Source: Laetmonice hystrix
Taxonomy: Eukaryota
Assembly: GCA_965235115.1 (NCBI GenBank)
Contig: OZ249442.1
Location: 5,146,001-5,210,000, forward strand
Direction of reading: 5' to 3'
DNA: 64,000 nucleotides
A program made the translations under genes and the position numbers. This document shows positions 39,993-51,600 of the stretch, piece by piece (the stretch's first letter is position 1; each line of letters opens with the position of its first letter). The notes below the pieces were generated by a model that did not search any database, was not told the DNA's origin, and saw nothing but the letters and a program-made list of their open reading frames with translations.

Positions 39993-41934
39993 GTCAGTTT
40001 GTTACCGGATACCTTGGGTAGAACTCGTCTTGTTGTAAATAGAAGGAAAATAAACATATTTTGGGTCGGAGTTATTGCAAGCTTTGAAGGAGTGAGGCAC
40101 ACAGAGATGTGCTATTTGAGTGTTAAGTAAGTCGTATTTATTCTTGTATTTTTTCTTCTGGTTTCTTCTTTTGATGAAAAATTGTTTTTTTTGTCTCAAA
40201 GAAACTGTCATGGTTTACGAACTTTTCGTGGTGTCCTACCACTATAAGAAGTGGCACTTATATCGTTTTTAATCAGCGTGTGTATTGCTCTCAGTTTAGT
40301 TGTTTGCTTGATTTTGTCACAAGAGAAAGTCATGATTCTAGTAATTAAATTTTACGACAGGCTCGTAATGGTAGTTGTGAGAGCCACCCAAAAATTGAGG
40401 AAAAGGTGGCAGTTTCTTTGGATATTATTTGACATGATCTGATGGGCAATTAACCTTATTATGTGGTAATTCTGTTTCCTGATATGTCCTGCGTTTTTTT
40501 TTGTTTTTTTTTTGGGGGGGGGGGGGGTGAATTTGGTATAACATCGGCGAAATTGCTAGGGCCTGTGGTAGGTAAGTACATGTAGAAGGTATACTCATGA
40601 AAACATTCTTCACGGGAGATTGATCTTGTATGTTTGTTAAAAAATAAAGATTTTAGTGACAGATAAAAGGTGGTATGATTCAGGGGCCACGATACGAATC
40701 GCGATACGCAGGCTTGAACTTCACAGAAAAAATCATTTTGATGAAACTGATCAATATACACACGTCAGAATAATGATTGTGGTACGTGTTTGAGCACAAG
40801 GTGGGCCACCCTCCTGCATTATAGTGCATTCTGACATTTTGTGTTAATATACATGTGGTACTTGATATATTATATCTGAGTTCTGTATCACATCTTTGAG
40901 TTCATGTTATTCTTTTTGATAGAGAAATGACAACAGAACCACATCTATAGTGACCAGATGAATTTATTTCCAACTTACAACAAATATGTTGTTTTTAAAG
41001 ACAAAAATGAACAAGTGATACTTTCTTTACTATGTGTAAGGGAATGATAGGGTGATTCGTATCGTGACCTCTGTATCGCAATACGTATCGTATCGTGACC
41101 TCTGTATCGCAATACGTATCGTATCGCAGGAAAACCTAATGACATGATAGTGTTCTGTTGAAAGAAATCACTCGTCAATCCATTCTTCACGGCAGATTGA
41201 TCTAGTCTGTGGATCTTGTATGTTGTCTGTTTAAAAATAAAGATTCTACGACAGATAAAAGGCTGTCCGTGTGTCAATGTTATGTCGAGGAAGTCATCTC
41301 TCGGTTGACTGACAATTCTGAGAATTGTGGATCTAATAAAATGATGTACAACATGTATTAAATGTTGAATCTCGCAATAATGCATCGTTCTTGGTCTGCT
41401 AGTTCGTGGAAATTGTATGTCCAGTGACCGGTATAAAACAGGGTTGTGTCAAAGACGGGGGAAGTTAAACCAATCTGGTGATAGGGTGAGGGATTCGGTC
41501 TCCAAAACATGTAGGGTAGGATCGTGATGTGTACGACCCTCACCTTCATCTTTACCCCGGGGTTCCAAGACACACAGGGTGTTTGGGGGAGGGGGATGTA
41601 TGTCAGGTCAAACTGTCTGGAACGTTTAACTTTTTGGTTTGTGGGCCCGACTTTGAAATACTGTGTTTTTTGTGATGGAGGGGGTTTTAGTACATTCGAC
41701 CAAGTAGGCTATTAATTTTTGTTCATCTTTCATCACTTTGAAAATGAAAACGTAGGCATGACGTAATGGTCTCAAAATAGATTGGTTCTGAGTATTTATG
41801 ACCAATTCAAAGGAAACGGTTTCCTTTCTGTTCTGCCCCGAATCCTCCCAAAATCATGAATGTCAATGACACACGAGGGTCTGAGACTAAATCTGTTTAT
41901 ATCATATCATTCACTCATTCAGAATTATCATTTA

Positions 41935-42117
41935 AGTAGACTTCGCATATAACGTCCTGATTGGGACCAGAGATTTTTATCTGTTATATGCGAAGTCTGT
42001 TATACGCATAGATCTATACAGTAATTTGAATTATCGTTAGACGGGACCGGGACTTCCAGTTTCAGTACGTTATAGGCGATTGGTATATATGCAAGGCCGT
42101 TATATGCGAAGTCTACT
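41935..42117. mobile_element. Tc1/mariner-type MITE
   Basis: TIRs AGTAGACTTCGCATATAACG / CGTTATATGCGAAGTCTACT. Confidence 0.65.
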
Positions 42118-42442
42118 AGTTGCAATGTTACCTCGCTAAATAAACTGCTGCTAACATTACGTATACGTTTAGCATTTCCGTGTTGTATTACTTATTTCCT
42201 GTTTGTAAGAACGTTCTGCCCTGGATCCTCTCGGGATTGTACTTACCCGTTGAGGGTGAGTGCTCTCGCTACGTATTCACGGACGCTATCATTACCTCAA
42301 GCCTCAAACCTCACCCCAACCCCCAGTTCACAGATACCCACCAAACATCTATCTATTCCTACCCTTCACCCCCTACTCCAAACTTCGTGACTGTGGGGAG
42401 TGGGGGCCGGGGGTATCATGGGGATGGGGTAATAACCCCCCA

Positions 42443-43119
42443 CAGGGGCGGATCCAGCTTTTTCCGTTGGGGGGGGGGGGTTCACGTGTTTCGGGGTAAC
42501 ACAGACGTGACTGTACGAGCGCCGAAGGCGTGAAGTCTGCAACCGCCGAAGGCGCGAAGCCTTGCTAGGGGGTGCGGGGGCATGCCCCCCCCCCCGGTTC
42601 TTCCCCCATGCTAACTTTCCACGAAATGTTTGGGCAGGGGTTAGGGTTAAGGTCAGGGATAGGGATAGGGATAGGATAGGATTATGTTTTTGGGACGTGT
42701 AGGGACCGGGGTTAGGGGTTAGGGATAAGGTCAGGGCCATGGATCTTTACTTTCCACCAAATTTCGTGGGGTTTAAGTTATCATGGGCGATATACCCCCC
42801 CCCCCCCGGAAAATTTTGAAATTCAAGGTGTAATTTGTTGCAATCCGATGCATTTTGGAGCACAAAATAAGCTATTCAATGACCAATGTGACCAAGGGCA
42901 AAAGGGCCTCCTCAACTCCAACAGCATCTCTGGCTATAGCATGGAAATCATGCCGAGCGTAGCGAGGCAAAAATTTTTTTTAGGTGGTTTTTATCTTGCG
43001 ACTGAAAGAAAAGATATTTCTAAATTATAATGTAAAATTAAAATGTGTGTATCTGCAAAATTTTAGGGGGGGGGGGGTCGAACCCCCTGAACCCCCCCCC
43101 CCCCCTGGATCCGCCAGTG
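42443..43119. mobile_element. hAT-like MITE with a nested GGGTTA-core element (42615-42792)
   Basis: Ends CAGGGGCGGATCCAG / CTGGATCCGCCAGTG and G/C homopolymer subtermini. No clean TSD. Confidence 0.6.
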
Positions 43120-44137
43120 CCCCAGACCGTGGTGTGTCTGCAGACTGACGAGATGACCACAGTTGCTTCCGCTCTCTTCCTCAGTCAAATCTGGGCTGAT
43201 TTGAAAAATGCTACTTTGTCCGATTTCTCGTATAACGTGAAACAAAATATCCCTTTTCATTATGGCCGTGTGCATAATTTGTTAGGAGTCGGTTGAAATA
43301 AGAATATCAAAAATCAGAAAATCTGTAGAAATATGACGTAGCCTATATTGTAAGGATAAAGTTGAAATGTTTTAAGGTACACTTCTGAGAAACCAATATA
43401 CGTCGTGCTCTGCTTTATTGTGTACACGTCTGCGGTGTAGTTAAATATAAACTTAGGCCTACATTTACTTTTAATCGTTAAACCTTTAGCTCAGGTACAT
43501 CCCCGGTTCACGCGAAACATGCTGAAAACGTTGATGTTATGTTGGCAGCTGGATATGTTTTTGGTTATTACCAAGTGTTGAATCATAGAAAGTACGTCAG
43601 CGGAGGATCACAATCTATAACGGGATTCTTCCTTCTTGCTTCCAAGAACACGCAACTTCGTGAAGTACCTTGCCTCACCCTATATAGATCTATACGCCTA
43701 CATGATTGTACTTACATCACGCAGTCGTATAGATGTATTGTTAATTATTGGCACTCATTTGGTGAACATGTTTGTTTTTGTTTTTTTGGGGGGTCTTTCT
43801 TTTTCACTCTGGTACATGCGCATTTCAGGTAGTCACTATAGACGGGGTCCGGTTTAGACTTCTTGGTGGAACTCAGCTGTAAGCTCAAGCTGTAGCTCAA
43901 GCTGTAGCTCAAGCTGTAGCTCAATCTGAGCTCAAGCTGACGAGCTGAAAGTTTCAGGCGCCTCATGAGTTTGAAAAGGTACTTTCAAAGGAAAACTGCG
44001 ACCTGGAATTCGGAGGAGACCCAATCACTCTGTAAACCCAGGCCGTCTACATTTCGGATAAAAGTTCATTTCTTGCCGTCGCTTGTGTTTGGCGGAAATC
44101 GGGGGAAATGAGAATGAATCATTACGTCGCGCGAACT

Positions 44138-44325
44138 TTGGCGATAACGTCGCGCGAAATTTGGTGACTCCACACGAAATGTGGTGGCAACATCTCGCGA
44201 AATTTGGTGGCAACGTCGCGCGACATTTGGTGGCAACGTCGCGCAAAATTTGGTGGCAACGTCGCGCAAAATTTGGTGGCAACGTCGCGCAAAATTTGGT
44301 GGCAACGTCGCGCGAAATTTGGCGG
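44138..44325. repeat. 23-bp tandem repeat, ~8 copies
   Basis: Unit TTTGGTGGCAACGTCGCGC(A/G)AAA. Confidence 0.9.
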
Positions 44326-44679
44326 TAGGCCCCCTATCCCTAATAGGCCTATTACACTACTCTATGACCAAACTATAACCCGGTCCTGGTCTCGGTCCCC
44401 AGACATACGGATGGCATAAACTGATCCCAATCCCGAACCCAGCTCCTAACCCTAACAAGGATTTCACGGAAAGCTACCATAGGGACCAACCGAGCGTCGC
44501 TCTGCCAGTTCCAAGCAACCATCGACCTGTCAGCGCTCTGTGTTCGCGCACCCAGTCGATACAGATGTACCTGATGGTCACCGCCAGAGGTCGCTCTGGT
44601 CAGTGATCGATTGGCCATCGCGAAGTATTATACAACATTACCGACTCAGACCGCACGGTACTCCCACCGTACGCCACTA

Positions 44680-45445
44680 CACGCCCACCCACACCTCACA
44701 CCCACAATACCCCACCCCAGCCTCACACCCACAACCCGGCCTCACATGTATACACACGTACCCCGCCTCACACCCCAAACCCACGGCCTCACACCCCAGC
44801 CTCACACCCACAACCTGGCCTCACATGTACACACCCCGCCTCACACCCACAGCCCGGCCTCACACGCCGACCCACACCTCACACCCACAATACCCCACCC
44901 CAGCCTCACACCCACAATACCCCACCCCAGCCTCACACCCACAATACCCCACCCCAGCCTCACACCCACAATACCCCACCCCAGCCTCACACCCACAATA
45001 CCCCACCCACACCTCACACCCACAATACCCCACCCACACCTCACACCCACAATACCCCACCCACACCTCACACCCACAATACCCCACCCCAGCCTCACAC
45101 CCACACCTCACACCCACACCTCACACCCACAATACCCCACCCACACCTCACACCCACAATACCCCACCCACACCTCACACCCACAATACCCCACCCCAGC
45201 CTCACACCCACACCTCACACCCACACCTCACACCCACAATACCCCACCCACACCTCACACCCACAATACCCCACCCACACCTCACACCCACAATACCCCA
45301 CCCCAGCCTCACACCCACAACCCGGCCTCACATGTACGCACCCCGCCTCACTCCCCAAACCCACGGCCTCACACCCCAAACCCACGACCTCACACCCACC
45401 GCCTCACACCCACAGCCTCACACCCACGGCCTCACACCCAGCACA
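44680..45445. repeat. C/A-rich minisatellite (CCTCACACCCACAATACCCCACCC variants)
   Basis: Strongly strand-biased low-complexity array that produces the ORFs 44540-45451 and 44611-45483. Confidence 0.92.
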
Positions 45446-45700
45446 TGTTAAATTTGCCTCTCATGGTCTCCGATCATATCTAAACCCCGGCATTTTTGTG
45501 CGAAAATTAGTTTTAACCACACAGGTTACGAAACCGGCCCCTGTTCACGCAGGCATGACATGCTGTAGTACATGATCAGCGTGAAACCTTCGTCTAACAA
45601 TATGTCTGGACGGATTTAGTGAAAATAATGCAAGGTTCGTTCCTGGTTCCTTTTTCTGAGTGTATACCTTTTTGGACTAGGCCTAGTGTCCGACTGGCGT

Positions 45701-46058
45701 TGTGACCAGATCGATCAACTTATACACCCACCAGTTTATAACGACTCACAACATATTGTGAACAGCTCGATCAACTTATACACCCACCAGTTTATAACGA
45801 CTCGCAACATGTTGTGACCAGATCGATCAACTTATACACCCACCAGTTTATAACGACTCGCAACATGTTGTGACCAGATCGATCAACTTATACACCCACC
45901 AGTTTATAATGACCCACAACATATTGTGACCAGATCGATCAACTTATACACCCACCAGTTTATAACGACTCGCAACATATTGTGAACAGCTCGATCAACT
46001 TATACACCCACCAGTTTATAACGACTCGCAACATATTGTGAACAGCTCGATCAACTTA
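45701..46058. repeat. 56-bp minisatellite, ~6 copies
   Basis: Unit TCGATCAACTTATACACCCACCAGTTTATAACGACTCGCAACATATTGTGAACAGC. Confidence 0.95.
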
Positions 46059-47723
46059 ATATATATATACAACCCCCAGTTTTGACATTTTATAACAAAC
46101 CAACTCGCATTGATTGTTTGTATACCTTGGGTTTACCCCATGATCGAAGCGGGGATGGACGTAAGGGCAGTTAACCCCCTATAGTAATTCTTGAAATGTG
46201 ATTAGGACAGGCAGGTGCCCTTTTAAGTTGATGGCTCCTTTCGAATTGCAAATGCCACTCGAAATCTTGGTTGGCATGGCCTGCGCCTGCGCTTCTCGTG
46301 TAGTAGGCCCCCTTTAATGTGTTTGCTGCGTACGGCCAAACCATAACCTTCACAAACATAAAAACTATACAAACTCTAAAAAATATCAAAATCTGATACT
46401 GCGTTCACAGAGATTATACGCGAATGTTTAATTCTGAAGTTACTTTGGAACGATGGGTCACTGCGATACAACACACAGAGTGACGATGACAGAGTGGATC
46501 GACCGAGAGTTTTCCTTGTATTTATACCATGACTGTATACTGCACCAGGCCGGCTCCTCCCCCTGCCCAATCTCTATAGGCCCAGTAATCGGACGTCTTT
46601 CGCCCTAGTAATTGTCCACCCAATCTGCCTGCGATGTTTTAAAATACCACCGGTACCTTTTCTTCCGCTATACTGTCTGTTCCTTGTTAGAACGATTACA
46701 GCAGAAAGAGAGCTGGCGTAGTTTTCGGGTGATTTGCATGTTGTTGGCACTTCTCCCAGGTGACTGGGCCGACGTCTATAGAAATACCCTGGTGATCGGA
46801 GTGGCCAGTCCCACGGTGTACGACGACGACACTGTCCTCATATCTGGACTCCTACAGACGTCACTTACCTGTCACACACCTGGCTAGGAATATGTCCGAG
46901 TCCGAGGCAATGCTCTCACAAGGAAACCAGACACTCCTGACCATTCAATCTGCCGAGGGTAAGCAGTAATTAATCTTTTAACCCAGGTCATATCAACTTT
47001 ACACTCATGACGCAGATAAGAACATTTTTGCTGAGTCCAGAAAACGCAAGAATAAGTTTGGTAAGAACACACAACGGCAAAGGGTATAGGCCTACATATA
47101 GGTATATCATCCCGATTATGTGATCCATATAAACCAAGCACCAAGTGAGCACAACTGCCAATGGACCCGCCCAGATACATCCATTGTCCCCTTGTTCTTT
47201 GGTTCAATGGCAGAAACAATGAATAACGGACAAGAAACAATAAGCATCTGACAAGTCCATTATTTGTCCATGACATCAAAGTGGTCGAATGTGCATGCGA
47301 GGCAGTTTGGATAATATACATGTTCATATACGTGTTCATGAGACCCATGACAAAATCATCTATCATTGCAACGTGAGCTCAAGTATCTGAACTTTCTGAA
47401 AATTATTGTTAGAAACGTGCAGAATAGTTTAGTAAGCAGACCAAAAGACAGTAGATGAAAACAAAAACAAGATTGCTCAGGGTCTGTCGGTTATTGCGTT
47501 ACGTGTCTGTAGGCTATCTTTTCTGTTTTTATTGTATTGGCACACAACATGAATGACTGCGACCAAAAAGCAGGTGTGCGAAATAGACGGCCACTTTTGT
47601 TGGCAGTAAAATTACCCCCTATCATCGGGATTTAAGATTTAGAACTGTGGCACTGAGGGAAGTTATCTGTTACGCGGGGGGGGGGGGCTGTAGTCCGGTA
47701 TGACCGTAGGAATCCTGTTATTA

Positions 47724-47952
47724 CCTTAATTCCCCACTTGTAACTGTCCTATTCCCAGCGCATAAAATTTCTTTAAAAGTTTTAAACAGCTCAGTATGTC
47801 CTATTCAAAATGTGACAGATAGAGTCTACACAACCTGGTTTTGATACGGTTGTTCTGTTATCGGTTGTTACCCCCGACCAATGGAGTGCCTTTTCGGACT
47901 TAGACAATTTTCGGCCACTTCGGGAATAGGACAGGTAATTGGGGGATTAAGG
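47724..47952. mobile_element. MITE
   Basis: TIRs CCTTAATTCCCCAC..ACTGTCCTATTCCC / GGGAATAGGACAGGTAATTGGGGGATTAAGG. Confidence 0.65.
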
Positions 47953-48069
47953 TGAATTTGGCACCATCTCCGATTGAACATTTACTGGGTGACGAGGGAG
48001 TGGAATAAGAGGTTCATAAACGATCCGGCCACAGTATTTCAGCCAAACTCAGATCGAGACGATTCAAAT

Positions 48070-48614
48070 TTGTTCAGTCATGGAACGTGTTGTATCCCAA
48101 GTTGTTCAGTCATGGAACCTATTGTATCCCAAGTTGTTCAGTCATGGAACCTATTGTATCCCAAGTTGTTCAGTCATGGAACCTGTTGTATCCCAAGTTG
48201 TTCAGTCATGGAACCTATTGTATCCCAAGTTGTTCGGTCATGGAACCTGTTGTATTCCAAGTTGTTCGGTCATGGAACCTGTTGTATCCCAAGTTGTTCA
48301 GTCATGGAACCTATTGTATCCCAAGTTGTTCGGTCATGGAACCTATTGTATCCCAAGTTGTTCGGTCATGGAACCTATTGTATCCCAAGTTGTTCAGTCA
48401 TGGAACCTATTGTGTCCCAAGTTGTTCAGTCATGGAACCTATTGTGTCCCAAGTTGTTCAGTCATGGAACCTATTGTATCCCAAGTTGTTCAGTCATGGA
48501 ACCTATTGTATTCCAAGTTGTTCAGTCATGGAACCTATTGTATCCCAAGTTGTTCAGTCATGGAACCTATTGTATCCCAAGTTGTTCAGTCATGGAACCT
48601 ATTGTATCCCAAGT
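48070..48614. repeat. 32-bp minisatellite, ~17 copies
   Basis: Unit TTGTTCAGTCATGGAACCTATTGTATCCCAAG. Confidence 0.96.
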
Positions 48615-51600
48615 CGCGAGCGTGAGGGGGTGAGGACGAGGCTGGCGTACCCGAGTCGCCATCGGGACGACTGGACGTGCCGAAGTAGCCTATTTGATGA
48701 CCATGTTGCGGAGTAGGCCTGCTGCATGAGCAGAGCCAGTGACAGACCGGAAGGATCCAAATCCACCTGTGTTTCGTAGATAACTACAGTCGGACATTCG
48801 ACCCCTGCCCCACACCCACTGCCCCTGCCCCTCCCCCCATTCCTCGCCTCTTACAGCCAGGGGTGGAGATGAGGCTATTCTTTCCCCTGATCTCCGAGGA
48901 GTTCGTGGTGAAGAAAAGTGGACACATAAATTGAACTTTCATCGTATATTTGTTTATTTAATTCCGAGAAAATATCTCGTTTTGAGACCGTTACAACAAT
49001 TATTACGACAATGAGGTGTGCAAGAGAAAACATGAGACATTTTTGAGATATTTCATGACTGCAACATTTCATGGCACACCGGCAACTCCCAACTTCTAAA
49101 TATTATTATTTCATGGTTAGGGCGCTTTCATTCTTGTAACTTACAAAACAAGAGCACCAACCTGTTTTACGTATGAAAGAATAGCCTATACTTTCCATCG
49201 CTTTGACCAAAAATCTATTTGAAAGTGTGTTTTCTCATCCTATGGAGAAATTGTGACGTAACAAGTGTTTAGGGACTAAAGTGACGCGTTTCGAGGCTAT
49301 TTCTGCTCATTAACATGTCAAGGACACGAGACGTGCACTCCCTACATGCTATGGGGTCAGTCGAGCTGAGGGTAACGGTAACTCCTTATCGATATTGAAA
49401 TAAACTTTAAGTGGTTCTGATAAAACGTTGGTCAGGCTGTCGCATCTCAGGCTGTCGCTGTATCGATAGATCTATGCAGTGTCGTATAGAGGAAAATTCT
49501 GGAGCATCTCCCTTTATAGGCCTAGGGGGCTTATTCAGGTAAATATAGCTGGATTAATTAGGCCGATAGGCAACCGTTTTTTCTTTCACGATGTAAATCA
49601 TTTTGTGCAAAATGGTGGAAAATTTTACCTAATTATTACCTTATTATAATGATTATGTAGGCATACAGTGCGTATAAAAACGGTAATTCGACTTCAGGGG
49701 GTAAGCATGCGAAGTTTCTGAACTTTGACAATCTACATGTGTATGGTTTAGCAATGAAGCGGAGCTTCTTGGCTTTCCATTGATACCATTCTTATATCAT
49801 TGCTCTCACACATGACCGAATGCGTGTTTATTGTAAATGACCATCAGTTCATCACCTTTTCCCAGTTTGAGTAGCCGGTGCAAGTCTGTCTTGAATGGAT
49901 GGATCACTTCTTGACTGCCAAGATCACCTGACCCCACACCAAAAATATCTAATCTAACCATTCCACCCGGTAATGACGCAACAGATTCCATGGATTTGAA
50001 ATGGGCGGGAGATCTGTGGGATTCGGAAGATCCTGACTTTCATGGACTTGAAATGGTAGTCTGTGATCTGTAGTTTGGAAGGGTGGGCCAATATTGTGAT
50101 CTGTAGTTTGGAAGGGTGGGCCAATATTGTGATCTGTAGTTTGGAAGGGTGGGCCGATATTGTGATCTGTAGTTTGGAAGGGTGGGCCGATATTGTAATC
50201 TGTAGTTTGGAAGGTTGGGCCGATATTTTGACCTGTAGTTTGGAAGGGTGGGCCGATATTTTGACCTGTAGTTTGGAAGGGTGGGCCGATATTGTGATCT
50301 GTAGTTTGGAAGGGTGGGCCGATATTTTGATCTGTAGTTTGGAAGGGTGGGCCGATATTGTGATCTGTAGTTTGGAAGGGTGGGCCGATATTGTGATCTG
50401 TAGTTTGGAAGGGTGGGCCGATATTGTGACCTGTATTTTGGAAGGGTGGGCCGATATTGTGATCTGTAGTTTGGAAGGGTGGGCCGATATTGTGACCTGT
50501 ATTTTGGAAGGGTGGGCCGATATTGTGATCTGTATTTTGGAAGGGTGGGCCGATATTGTGATCTGTATTTTGGAAGGGTGGGCCGATATTGTGATCTGTA
50601 GTTTGGAAGGGTGGGCCGATATTGTGATCTGTAGTTGGGGAGGGTGGGCCGATATTGTGATCTGTAGTTTGGAAGGGTGGGCCGATATTGTGATCTGTAG
50701 TTTGGAAGGTTGGGCCGATATTGTGATCTGTAGTTGGGGAGGGTGGGCCGATATTGTAATCTGTAGTTTGGAAGGGTGGGCCGATATTGTGATCTGTATT
50801 TTGGAAGGGTGGGCCGATATTGTGATCTGTATTTTGGAAGGGTGGGCCGATATTGTGATCTGTAGTTTGGAAGGGTGGGCCGATATTGTGATCTGTAGTT
50901 TGGAAGGGTGGGCCGATATTGTAATCTGTAGTTTGGAAGGGTGGGCCGATATTGTGATCTGTAGTTTGGAAGGTTGGGCCGATATTGTGATCTGTAGTTG
51001 GGGAGGGTGGGCCGATATTGTGATCTGTAGTTTGGAAGGGTGGGCCGATATTGTGATCTGTAGTTTGGAAGGGTGGGCCGATATTGTGATCTGTAGTTTG
51101 GAAGGGTGGGCCGATATTGTAATCTGTAGTTTGGAAGGGTGGGCCGATATTGTGATCTGTAGTTGGGGAGGGTGGGCCGATATTGTGATCTGTAGTTTGG
51201 AAGGGTGGGCCGATATTGTGATCTGTAGTTTGGAAGGTTGGGCCGATATTGTGATCTGTAGTTTGGAAGGGTGGGCCGATATTGTGATCTGTAGTTTGGA
51301 AGGTTGGGCCGATATTGTGATCTGTAGTTGGGGAGGGTGGGCCGATATTGTGATCTGTAGTTTGGAAGGGTGGGCCGATATTGTGATCTGTAGTTTGGAA
51401 GGTTGGGCCGATATTGTGATCTGTAGTTTGGAAGGGTGGGCCGATATTGTGATCTGTAGTTTGGAAGGTTGGGCCGATATTGTGATCTGTAGTTGGGGAG
51501 GGTGGGCCGATATTGTGATCTGTAGTTTGGAAGGGTGGGCCGATATTGTGATCTGTAGTTTGGAAGGTTGGGCCGATATTGTGATCTGTAGTTGGGGAGG

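Noticed and set aside
44190-44200. TCTCGCGAAA as a second BANP site
   Set aside because: It lies within the 23-bp repeat and is not near an identified promoter.
44540-45483. 303- and 290-aa His/Pro/Thr-rich ORFs
   Set aside because: Translation of a C/A-rich minisatellite with irregular unit lengths.
46884-47366. 160-aa minus ORF as a transposase or RT remnant
   Set aside because: No DDE, RT or tyrosine-recombinase motif recognised. No autonomous transposon ORF was seen anywhere in the window.
47974-48716. Three overlapping + strand ORFs of 181-219 aa
   Set aside because: The 32-bp unit cycles through all frames; this is a stop-poor repeat, not a gene.
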